NCBI GenBank assembly: GCA_964410015.1
Contig: CAYPFV010000002.1
Location: 1-57,938, forward strand
Direction of reading: 5' to 3'
DNA from: an uncultured Bacteroidales bacterium
GTDB lineage: Bacteria > Bacteroidota > Bacteroidia > Bacteroidales > UBA7960
DNA length: 57,938 bases
Shown here: positions 38,597-47,390 of the stretch, piece by piece
Layout of the letters: each line of letters starts with the position of its first letter
How positions within the stretch are numbered: position 1 is the stretch's first letter
Made by a program: the position numbers and the translations under genes
Notes under the pieces: model-generated
Databases searched by the model: none
Told to the model about the DNA's origin: nothing
What the model saw: only the letters and a program-made list of their open reading frames with translations

Positions 38597-39631
38597 ATGA
38601 AAACTAATCTCGCCTCTATCAACGACATTGCCAAAGCATTAGGGGTTTCTGCCTCAACTGTTTCAAGAGCATTAAAAGACCATCCTGATATCAGCGAAGC
38701 TACGCGAAACAAAATAAAGGAATATGCCATGAAGGTAAATTACCGCCCCAATGCACTGGCTTTAAGCCTGAAACAACAGAAATCTAAAACTATCGGCATC
38801 GTAATTCCTGAAATCATTCATCATTTTTTTTCCTCTATTATCAGTGGTATTGAAGATATTGCCTACAACAAAGGATACAGGGTCATGATTTGCCAATCTA
38901 ATGAAGACCACCAGAGAGAGGAGATTAATGTACAGGCCCTGCTTGATCATCGCGTAGACGGCATGCTGGTTTGCATCAGTAAAAACACTACTCAATACAG
39001 TCATTTTCAACCGGTAATAGACAATGAAGTACCCATGGTATTTATTGACCGGATTTGTAAATCAATTGAAACGGACCGTGTGATTACCAATGATTTTGAT
39101 GGGGCAAAAATGATTACCAATCATTTGATCGAAAAAGGATTTAAAAAGATAATGCACCTGGGAACTTCTCCCCATCTCACCATTGGTCATAACAGAAAAA
39201 AAGGTTATATGGCCGCTCTTCAGGAAAATGATATTTTCCCTTCCCCGGAACTTATACTCGAATGCGATACCCCCCAGCGTGTATTGTTCGAACAAAAAAA
39301 AATGCTATCCCTGGCCCCCGATACAGATGCTATTTTTGCTGTCAATGATTTTACTGCCGTGGCAGCGATGAACCTACTCAGAAAAAACGGATACAGAATC
39401 CCGCAAGACATAGCCGTTGCCGGATTTGGCGATGACCCCATTGCAATGATGTCTGCCCCACCACTTACCACTGTTAAACAAAAGGGTTACCAGATGGGGC
39501 AGGAAGCCATGCTGCTTCTTTTACAAAAACTCGCAAATCACCTGGAAGCAGATCAAGGGGGGCAAAAGCAAGATTTTACAACAAAGATTTTTGAAGCCGA
39601 ATTAAAAATAAGGGAATCTACGCTTCGATAA
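38597..39631 (+). CDS. LacI family transcriptional regulator
   Basis: N-terminal HTH INDIAKALGVSASTVSRALK and a periplasmic-binding-protein-like sugar-binding core. Confidence 0.9.
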   Translation: MKTNLASINDIAKALGVSASTVSRALKDHPDISEATRNKIKEYAMKVNYRPNALALSLKQQKSKTIGIVIPEIIHHFFSSIISGIEDIAYNKGYRVMICQSNEDHQREEINVQALLDHRVDGMLVCISKNTTQYSHFQPVIDNEVPMVFIDRICKSIETDRVITNDFDGAKMITNHLIEKGFKKIMHLGTSPHLTIGHNRKKGYMAALQENDIFPSPELILECDTPQRVLFEQKKMLSLAPDTDAIFAVNDFTAVAAMNLLRKNGYRIPQDIAVAGFGDDPIAMMSAPPLTTVKQKGYQMGQEAMLLLLQKLANHLEADQGGQKQDFTTKIFEAELKIRESTLR

Positions 39632-39746
39632 TTGGCTGATTTTTATTATTATTGTGTGGCGTTTCATTTACGGATTATTTCCGGTATAAAGCAATGTGAA
39701 GGTTTTTTGGTTTTCCCGCTGTGGGTTCATTTCAGACTAGATAATT

Positions 39747-41624
39747 ATGAGGCAAGCATCTATTTTCCTGATCATCATCACATTTTTTTTCAAAACAGAA
39801 CCTTGTTCTGCACAGATCAGTACCGGTGAGTCACCCCCTGGTCTGACCATAGAAAAAATCACATCTGATACAACCTACTCTTTTAAACTTCCCCCTCAAA
39901 ACCTAAAAGAGAAAGATGAAACTGCCCTGCTTGCAGGATATTCGATAAACATTGAGCAATACTTCAAAAAAAATGCCACTGCTCACCTCTTGTCCGATAG
40001 TTCTGTTTTGTGGCAAATGAATATTCATTCACCCGGCGCATCGGGCATGGGTTTCATCTTGTCTGAGCTTTCGATCCCCGCTGGAGATAAACTTTTTGTC
40101 TATCATCGCGAATCCCAAAAATCTTTGGGTGCGTTTACCCGGCAAAACAATCAACCGCATGGATTGCTTTCTATCCAGATTTTACCCTATGATGAACTTA
40201 CTATAGAATATCATGAAAGCAATCTCAACTCACAAAAAGAAAATGATTTTCTCATCCAGCAAATCATACATATTACAAACCTACCGGAAAAATCGGTGGA
40301 TGGAAATAAACAAATCAGTGCTTCGGGCGAATGCAATATAAATATAAATTGTCCGGAGGGGGATTTATGGCAAAAACAGAAAAGAGGTGTGGCAAGAATT
40401 GTTTTGCGCTCAGGTGATACCTGGTTCTATTGTACCGGGTCTCTTATGAATAACACAAATCAGGATCAAACACCCTATTTTCTTACTGCTAATCACTGTG
40501 GCACAAATGCTTCTGAAGAAGATTATCTGGTATGGCAGTTTTACTTTGATTATGAATATTTGACATGCGAAAATTCGGGTTTATTATCTGAAAGCAAAAT
40601 GATTGAAGGCAGTACTCTAATATCCAAAGGTGTTTTGCAGCAAGGTACAGACTTTAAACTTTTATTGCTGGAAGATGAAATACCCGAAATCTGGATGCCT
40701 TATTTTAACGGATGGAGCCTTAGTACGCGCTCATCTGATTCGGGAGTGAGCATCCATCATCCATCCGGAGATGCAAAAAAAATTTCTATTTATGATCAAC
40801 CTTTACAATCCGGGACTTTTACCTTAGGACTTCATCAGGGATTCTGGAAAGTAAACTGGACAGAAACCCAATCGGGTTATGGCGTAACTGAAGGAGGATC
40901 ATCAGGGGCCCCATTGTTTGACCAGGACGGACTTATCATTGGCACCCTTACCGGTGGAGGGGCCAGTTGCGATGAACCCCAACTGACTGATTATTTTGGC
41001 AAATTCAGTCATCACTGGGTAGCAAATGGTACCGAACCCGAAATGCAGATAAAACCCTGGCTGGATCCTCTTGAAACAGATACCATTCAGCTTTACGGAT
41101 TTGATCCCAATGTCAACACCAATTTTGTAGTACTCGAAATAGTACCTGCACTAAGTGGCGTTATTTCCGGATCTGGTTATTATGCAGAAAATGAGATGGT
41201 TTTGCTCAATGCAGTGCCCAATCCCGGATTTAAGTTTGTTTCATGGACAGATCAGAATGGAATGATCCTGAGCACCCTGCCAGAATATTCTTTTATTATG
41301 CCTTCTGAGCAAACCCTGGTAAAAGCAAATTTTAAGGAGATTGAAAACCATCAGGAAAATATCTCATTAGAAGAATCTGTTCGTATTTTTCCTAATCCTT
41401 CAACAGGAAACTTTTTTGTAGAAATCAAAAACACCTTAAAATATGATCAAAACACCCTGAAGATCATCAATACTTCAGGACAGGTAATTTTTAAACAAAG
41501 TATAGGTCAAAATAAACAAGCGCAAACATTCCAAATCAATTTACAAGACTTGGGTACAGGAATTTATTTTCTTCAAATAACCAATCCGTATCAATCATAT
41601 ATTCAAAAAATTCTGATGCATTAA
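39747..41624 (+). CDS. Secreted trypsin-like serine endopeptidase (S1, lysyl-endopeptidase-like) with a T9SS C-terminal sorting domain
   Basis: Signal peptide; catalytic His context FLTANHC and Ser context EGGSSGAPLF. C-terminal RIFPNPSTGNFFVEI...GIYFLQITN, a type A T9SS CTD. Confidence 0.85.
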   Translation: MRQASIFLIIITFFFKTEPCSAQISTGESPPGLTIEKITSDTTYSFKLPPQNLKEKDETALLAGYSINIEQYFKKNATAHLLSDSSVLWQMNIHSPGASGMGFILSELSIPAGDKLFVYHRESQKSLGAFTRQNNQPHGLLSIQILPYDELTIEYHESNLNSQKENDFLIQQIIHITNLPEKSVDGNKQISASGECNININCPEGDLWQKQKRGVARIVLRSGDTWFYCTGSLMNNTNQDQTPYFLTANHCGTNASEEDYLVWQFYFDYEYLTCENSGLLSESKMIEGSTLISKGVLQQGTDFKLLLLEDEIPEIWMPYFNGWSLSTRSSDSGVSIHHPSGDAKKISIYDQPLQSGTFTLGLHQGFWKVNWTETQSGYGVTEGGSSGAPLFDQDGLIIGTLTGGGASCDEPQLTDYFGKFSHHWVANGTEPEMQIKPWLDPLETDTIQLYGFDPNVNTNFVVLEIVPALSGVISGSGYYAENEMVLLNAVPNPGFKFVSWTDQNGMILSTLPEYSFIMPSEQTLVKANFKEIENHQENISLEESVRIFPNPSTGNFFVEIKNTLKYDQNTLKIINTSGQVIFKQSIGQNKQAQTFQINLQDLGTGIYFLQITNPYQSYIQKILMH

Positions 41625-41887
41625 TACCAATTATTTTTATTGTAATCTTATTCTCTCCAGGCATTTTACACCTTCAATGCTCTTAAAAGGATTGGAATAA
41701 TCCATTTGATTTCAGACAAAAAAAAAAGCATATTAAACCCAAAGATGGGTGCTAAGAAAAGTTTTGTAAAGAAAAAAATAGTTGTTTTCATTTTTTTTTA
41801 ATTACTTTGAATGTTTTTTCGGTTCAATAAAACAGCCATAGTTATAAGATAAGCTAATTTAGATTCAGAAAACAAAACAATAAACAT

Positions 41888-43435
41888 ATGTCGATAAAGA
41901 AAAAGACACTTGATTTAAAAAAGAGAATGCAGGGTGCCTTGCTGGGTGGTGGTGTAAAAGCCATTGAGAAGCAACAAAGTATGGGTAAGATGACAGCCCG
42001 TGAAAGGATTGTTAGTCTTTTAGACCCTAATTCGTTTCATGAGTACGACATGTTTGTAGAGCACGCTGCTCGTGATTTTGATATGGACAAAAAACACCTT
42101 CCGGGTGATGGTGTTATTACCGGTACAGGTACCATAAATGGTTATCCGGTATGCATATATGCCCAGGACTTTACCGTAGCAGGAGGGTCGCTTGGAATAA
42201 TGCATGCCCGCAAAATTGCCAAGATTATGGATCATGCCATGAATCATAAGATACCCATTATTGGTATCAACGACTCAGGTGGTGCACGTATACAGGAAGG
42301 GGTGAATTCTCTTGCCGGATACGGTGAAATCTTTTACCGCAACACCCTGGCATCGGGGGTTGTGCCCCAAATATCGGTTATTTTAGGACCATGTGCCGGT
42401 GGCGCTGTTTATTCTCCGGCACTCACCGATTTTGTATTTGTAGTAGATAAAATATCTAAAATGTTTATTACCGGACCAGAAGTTATCAAATCTGTTTTGG
42501 GAGAAGAAATTTCGATGGAAGAACTGGGCGGCGCTCGTGTACATTCCGAAATTACCGGAAATGCACATTTTTATGCAGAAAGTGAACAGGAATGCCTTGC
42601 CCAGATCAAAAAACTTGTCACTTACATCCCCTGGAATAATACAAAAAAAGCAGAACCATTCCCCAAAAAAGCTCCCAAATCTAGGCAATATAAAATTGAT
42701 GATATCATCCCTATTGATCCCAGAGAACCCTATGATGTAAGAGACGTTATCAAATCAATCAGCGACGATAGTGAATTTTTTGAAGTTCAGGAACTTTTCG
42801 CAGCCAATATGGTTATCGGATTCGGAAGAATAAATGGTGATACTGTGGGTTTTGTTGCTAACCAACCTCTGGTATTGGCTGGTGTGCTCGATGTTGATTC
42901 ATCTGACAAAGCTGCCCGGTTTATCAGGTTTTGTGATGCTTTTAATATACCCCTGATCACTTTGGTAGACCTGCCAGGTTATTTGCCAGGTATCGATCAG
43001 GAACATTCGGGAGTTATCAGACATGGAGCAAAAATTTTATACAGTTATTCCGAGGCAACCGTACCCAAAATCACTGTCATTCTCAGAAAAGCTTATGGTG
43101 GTGGATACATTGCTATGTGCTCCAGACACCTGAGGGCTGATTTTGTTTTTGCATGGCCAACTGCTGAAATTGCTGTGATGGGACCCGAAGGTGCTGCTAA
43201 TATTATTTTTCGAAACGAAATTAAAAATGCAGAAAACCCTGATAAAATCAGAAAAGAAAAAGTGGAAGAGTACAAAAGAAAATTTGCTAATCCTTATGTT
43301 GCCGCAGCTCATGGATACATTGATGCTGTAATTGAACCCAATGAAACCCGCAAATTTATTGTACATGCCATGGAGGTTTCCAATCAAAAATCAGAACTTC
43401 GTCCATCTAAAAAACACGGAATCCCCCCATTTTAA
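41888..43435 (+). CDS. Acyl-CoA carboxylase carboxyltransferase subunit (propionyl-CoA carboxylase beta / methylmalonyl-CoA decarboxylase alpha family)
   Basis: 515 aa with the characteristic GGGVKAIEKQQSMGKMTARERI, DFTVAGGSLG, FVANQP..LAGVLD and AYGGGYIAM motifs. Confidence 0.9.
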   Translation: MSIKKKTLDLKKRMQGALLGGGVKAIEKQQSMGKMTARERIVSLLDPNSFHEYDMFVEHAARDFDMDKKHLPGDGVITGTGTINGYPVCIYAQDFTVAGGSLGIMHARKIAKIMDHAMNHKIPIIGINDSGGARIQEGVNSLAGYGEIFYRNTLASGVVPQISVILGPCAGGAVYSPALTDFVFVVDKISKMFITGPEVIKSVLGEEISMEELGGARVHSEITGNAHFYAESEQECLAQIKKLVTYIPWNNTKKAEPFPKKAPKSRQYKIDDIIPIDPREPYDVRDVIKSISDDSEFFEVQELFAANMVIGFGRINGDTVGFVANQPLVLAGVLDVDSSDKAARFIRFCDAFNIPLITLVDLPGYLPGIDQEHSGVIRHGAKILYSYSEATVPKITVILRKAYGGGYIAMCSRHLRADFVFAWPTAEIAVMGPEGAANIIFRNEIKNAENPDKIRKEKVEEYKRKFANPYVAAAHGYIDAVIEPNETRKFIVHAMEVSNQKSELRPSKKHGIPPF

Positions 43436-43564
43436 AAAAAACACTTTAACAATTTGAAAACAAACAAACTGAAAAATTATTTGGTCTCTGAAAATTATAA
43501 ATCTTTTCATTATCAATAGAAAACAGTCATTTTCTTACCTGATATTTGATAATTGACCTTTACT

Positions 43565-43948
43565 ATGAACAAAAAAGCAGAACCACCCAAAAAGAAAAAA
43601 CAGGAAAAGTTCTTTCCTCTTGTTGTAGACGATATTACCTATCAAACACGATTCAACAAAATGCAGGAAAAAAGAACTTCCTATGTACCCAGTAATCCTA
43701 ACCATTTAAAAGCATTTATGCCTGGAAACATCCCTGAGGTATTTGTAAAAGAAAACGATCTGGTCAGAGAAGGAGACAAACTTATGATTCTTGAAGCCAT
43801 GAAAATGAAAAATCTTATTCTTGCCCCGTTTGATGCCAAAATTATTCGGATTAATGCACAAAAGGGAGACAAGGTGAAAAAAAATTTCATACTTATAGAA
43901 TTGGAAGAAACAGAAATTTTGGAGGAGAAAACCGAAAATAATAATTAA
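43565..43948 (+). CDS. Biotin carboxyl carrier (biotinyl/lipoyl attachment domain) protein
   Basis: Biotinylation motif ILEAMKMKN within a C-terminal biotinyl domain. ATG at 43565; the ORF is open from a TTG at 43553. Confidence 0.85.
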   Translation: MNKKAEPPKKKKQEKFFPLVVDDITYQTRFNKMQEKRTSYVPSNPNHLKAFMPGNIPEVFVKENDLVREGDKLMILEAMKMKNLILAPFDAKIIRINAQKGDKVKKNFILIELEETEILEEKTENNN

Positions 43949-43965
43949 GAAAACCCATCCAAAAT

Positions 43966-44553
43966 ATGCTAGAACTTGTTTTTGCAACACAAAACCCCAA
44001 TAAAATCATAGAAGTAGAAAAAATGCTTCCTGATTCACTCAAAATAAAAGGACTAAAAGATATTGGGTGTAACGAAGATATTCCCGAAACACAAAATACA
44101 CTGGAAGGAAATGCTTTGCAAAAAGCATGGTATATTAAAAATCGATACCAGGTAAACTGTTTTGCCGATGATACAGGACTGGAAATAGAAGCACTGGATG
44201 GCCAACCCGGTGTTTTTTCAGCCAGATATGCCGGAGAAAATAAAAACAGCAATGACAATATTGAAAAAATCTGGAGAGAACTGAAAAACAAAACAAACCG
44301 TAAAGCTCAGTTCAGAACTGTAATAGCGCTTTTATTGGATGATGAAGAACTTACATTTGAGGGGATTGTGAAAGGTGAGATTATCATGGAAAAAAGAGGA
44401 AGCGATGGATTTGGATATGATCCTGTTTTTATTCCGCAAAATTACAGACAAACCTTTGCTGAAATGCCCCTGAAAGAGAAAAATAAGATCAGCCATCGAT
44501 ACAAAGCCATCAAAATGTTGTCGGAGTATTTACTTTCTCTCAATTACATTTGA
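43966..44553 (+). CDS. rdgB: Non-canonical purine NTP pyrophosphatase (RdgB/HAM1 family)
   Basis: LVFATQNPNKI.E......ETG.T.EGNA..KA....ADD(T/S)GLE..AL.G.PG..SAR....GYDP(I/V)F pattern. Confidence 0.9.
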   Translation: MLELVFATQNPNKIIEVEKMLPDSLKIKGLKDIGCNEDIPETQNTLEGNALQKAWYIKNRYQVNCFADDTGLEIEALDGQPGVFSARYAGENKNSNDNIEKIWRELKNKTNRKAQFRTVIALLLDDEELTFEGIVKGEIIMEKRGSDGFGYDPVFIPQNYRQTFAEMPLKEKNKISHRYKAIKMLSEYLLSLNYI

Positions 44554-44602
44554 TCTCGGATATTTTGTGAAAAAATCTTGCTCAACAATATTTCTGCTTG
44601 TT

Positions 44603-45610
44603 TTACTTTTGACGGATCGCTTCCATAATCACATCAGTGAATAATTGCTTTAATTCGATTCCTATATGAGCAGCCTGTTGAGGTACAATGCTTCTTTCTG
44701 ACATTCCCGGAGTAATATTGGCTTCGAGAAAAAATAACTTTCCCTTGCTGAAAATATAATCGATGCGGCAAATTCCTTTCAATTCGAGTTTTTCATACAA
44801 AAAAGCCGTCGTACGCCATATCTCATCGCGCAAATCATCATCAATTCGGGCAGGAGTAATTTCATCTGCAGCCCCCTTGGTGTATTTAGCCTTATAGTCA
44901 AAAAATTTTGCCTCGGTTTTACTAATAATCTCCGTTACAGGTAATACTATTAATTTTCCCTGACGCCGGTAAACACCACAGGTTAGTTCAGTTCCTTCAA
45001 TATACTCTTCAATCAAAGCTTCACAATCATGTTCAAAGCATAACCGTAATGATGGAATCACTTTGTCAGCATCCTGCACAAAAGTGGTCCCTAAACTGGA
45101 CCCCCCCTGGTTGGGTTTTACAAATACGGGCAGTTGAACCTGCTCCAGAATATCCTGTTCAACAATCTTTTCGTCCGATGAAATCTTTACCGAACGGGCA
45201 ACCGGTATACCCCAGCGAGAAACCACAAGATTACAAAAATACTTATTGAAGGTTAGGGCACTGGGAAACATTCCAGCCGTTGTATAAGGAATTTTCATCA
45301 AATCAAAATAACCCTGTAATTTCCCATCTTCGCCCGGTGTGCCATGTATGGTAATAAGTGCACAATCAAACAGAACTTTTCCAAAGCTTGTTTGAATGCT
45401 AAAGTCGTTCTTATCAACAGGAGTTTCACGATTCTCCCCGTCAATATAAACCCATTTGTCACTAACCACGATTATTAAATAAACCTTAAACAGTTTATTA
45501 TCCAGATTTTTTTTTATTACACGGGCACTATTGATTGATATCTCATACTCTCCTGAGTAACCTCCTGCTACAAGTGCAATATTCTTTAACAGGTCGTTTT
45601 TTTCTGACAT
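44603..45610 (-). CDS. ddl: D-alanine--D-alanine ligase
   Basis: IALVAGGYSGEYEISINSA, HGTPGEDGKLQG, ATP-grasp region VFVKPNQGGSSLG, and C-terminal EANITPGMSERS. Confidence 0.9.
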   Translation of the reverse strand: MSEKNDLLKNIALVAGGYSGEYEISINSARVIKKNLDNKLFKVYLIIVVSDKWVYIDGENRETPVDKNDFSIQTSFGKVLFDCALITIHGTPGEDGKLQGYFDLMKIPYTTAGMFPSALTFNKYFCNLVVSRWGIPVARSVKISSDEKIVEQDILEQVQLPVFVKPNQGGSSLGTTFVQDADKVIPSLRLCFEHDCEALIEEYIEGTELTCGVYRRQGKLIVLPVTEIISKTEAKFFDYKAKYTKGAADEITPARIDDDLRDEIWRTTAFLYEKLELKGICRIDYIFSKGKLFFLEANITPGMSERSIVPQQAAHIGIELKQLFTDVIMEAIRQK

Positions 45611-45758
45611 AAATTTTCGTTTTAAAATTCGGGTACTGGAAAATTAAATTTTTTATGGCCGTTTAATTCATTGAATATCTTTTCTTTCTTTGATGTTACA
45701 AAAATGGTTGAAATGTTTTATGTGAATATTTATAAAAGGTTTCCTTACAATAAGTAAA

Positions 45759-45892
45759 ATCATCTGTTTATATTGTGATTTTATAAAGCAGTTAGCAGAG
45801 CTCGGCAATAAATCCGTATTGCTTGTTTTCTTCTATACCAATTAAGAAACATCTACATGCGAGTGTAAATTTTTTATCTTAACCCGGTTTAT
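45759..45892 (+). repeat. Degenerate copy (G) of the intergenic repeat
   Basis: ATCATCTGTTTATATTGTGATTTTATAAAGCAGTTAGCAGAGCTCGGCAATAAATCCGTATTGC...CATCTACATGCGAGTGTAAAT...ACCCGGTTTAT. A different 6-bp hairpin, GCAATA-AATCCG-TATTGC, occupies the central hairpin position. Confidence 0.5.
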
Positions 45893-46266
45893 CGAATCAG
45901 CAATACATTGTTATTCAAAACATGACGACATATTTTATGATACCCAAAAAAATATATTTTACCATTCACTACAATGGACAAAAGAACAGTAAAATAAAAA
46001 CAAAGATAGAAGAGTTTAAGAAAAATAGTTCAAAATTATGCACAGGTTAAATTTTGCGGTGTATCACTGAATTAATTATTAATTTTGGCAGGGCATAGAA
46101 AAGTGCAATGAGAAACTACTTTTTCAGGTATTTTTTAACTGGCAAAAAATAAATTACAAAATATAAGGACGAAACCTTTCCGGGTTTAATAAGCAATCAT
46201 CCTGAAGTTTTCTATACAGAAAACGCAAAAAGATAGCAAAAGAACCTGATAAATTAAAATTATACT

Positions 46267-47298
46267 ATGAGTGTCATTGATTTTTTGAAAAGCAAGACGT
46301 TTCTGATCCATTTGGTTTTGGCCATTGCTTTTGCCATTGCAGTACTTTGGTTTGCATTAAAACTATTGGATATTTATACAATGCATGGCAAAACCATCAC
46401 CGTTCCAGACCTGAAAGGTATTGAAACCGAAGAAGCCATCCGGATTTTAGAGGACAATAAACTAAGGGCTGTGATCAACGATTCTGTATTCGATTCAACC
46501 GGCGAAAAGGGTACCATAAGTTCGCAGAATCCCGATGCAGGTAAAGAAGTAAAAAAAAACAGAACCGTTTATCTTACTACCGTAGCTATATTACCAGAAA
46601 TGGTTGAAATGCCCGATCTGAATGATCTGTCTCTCAGACAGGCACTAGCCATTTTAGAAAATTACGGACTGAAGGTAGGAAAACTTGAATACGTTCCCAA
46701 CATTGCCAGAGACAATGTATTGAAACAAAAATATAATAATGGAACCATAGAACCAGGAACACGTATAGAAAAAGGAACTGCTATTGACTTAGAATTGGGT
46801 ACAGGAGAATCAGGAGATATGGTAACTGTTCCCTTTATGGTTGGAAAACCACGCGAAGAAGCAATAATGCTATTAAACCAATCATCACTGAATATAGGAG
46901 AAGAGGTTTTCCTGGATGATGAGGAATCAGAAGACCTCAGGGTTTACAGGCAGGATCCGGGAATGGAAACAGGCATCCAAAGATTGGAAAGAGGTAAAGA
47001 AGTAGACCTTTTTTATCGCTCTGCCGAAAATTTCGACTTTGAAGAATATATGATGGAAAGCCTGGCCCTTCCAACTCCAGACCTTACAGGAAAATCTCCT
47101 GAAGATGTATTTGAAATACTCAGGGAAAACTCTATGATACTGGGACGGGAAACATTTGAAGATAATGTGCCAGACAGAAGAGCCAGAGTTTATAAACAAG
47201 ACCCTGACCCTGAAGACATTGAAAAAGTAGTGAAAGGTACTACCTTTGATATTTGGTATAAAGATGTTGATGATTTAGAAAATCAGGAGGATTCATAA
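46267..47298 (+). CDS. PASTA domain-containing membrane protein
   Basis: N-terminal TM helix, then four PASTA-like repeats (ITVPDLKGIETEEAIRILEDNKL, VEMPDLNDLSLRQALAILENYGL, and two more). Confidence 0.8.
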   Translation: MSVIDFLKSKTFLIHLVLAIAFAIAVLWFALKLLDIYTMHGKTITVPDLKGIETEEAIRILEDNKLRAVINDSVFDSTGEKGTISSQNPDAGKEVKKNRTVYLTTVAILPEMVEMPDLNDLSLRQALAILENYGLKVGKLEYVPNIARDNVLKQKYNNGTIEPGTRIEKGTAIDLELGTGESGDMVTVPFMVGKPREEAIMLLNQSSLNIGEEVFLDDEESEDLRVYRQDPGMETGIQRLERGKEVDLFYRSAENFDFEEYMMESLALPTPDLTGKSPEDVFEILRENSMILGRETFEDNVPDRRARVYKQDPDPEDIEKVVKGTTFDIWYKDVDDLENQEDS

Positions 47299-47390
47299 TC
47301 TTTTTTCATTTCTCCATGGTTGAATCCCCCATTGACATATACAATAAATTAAAAATTACTTTGTTTGTAACATAACAAACAAAACCCGTC

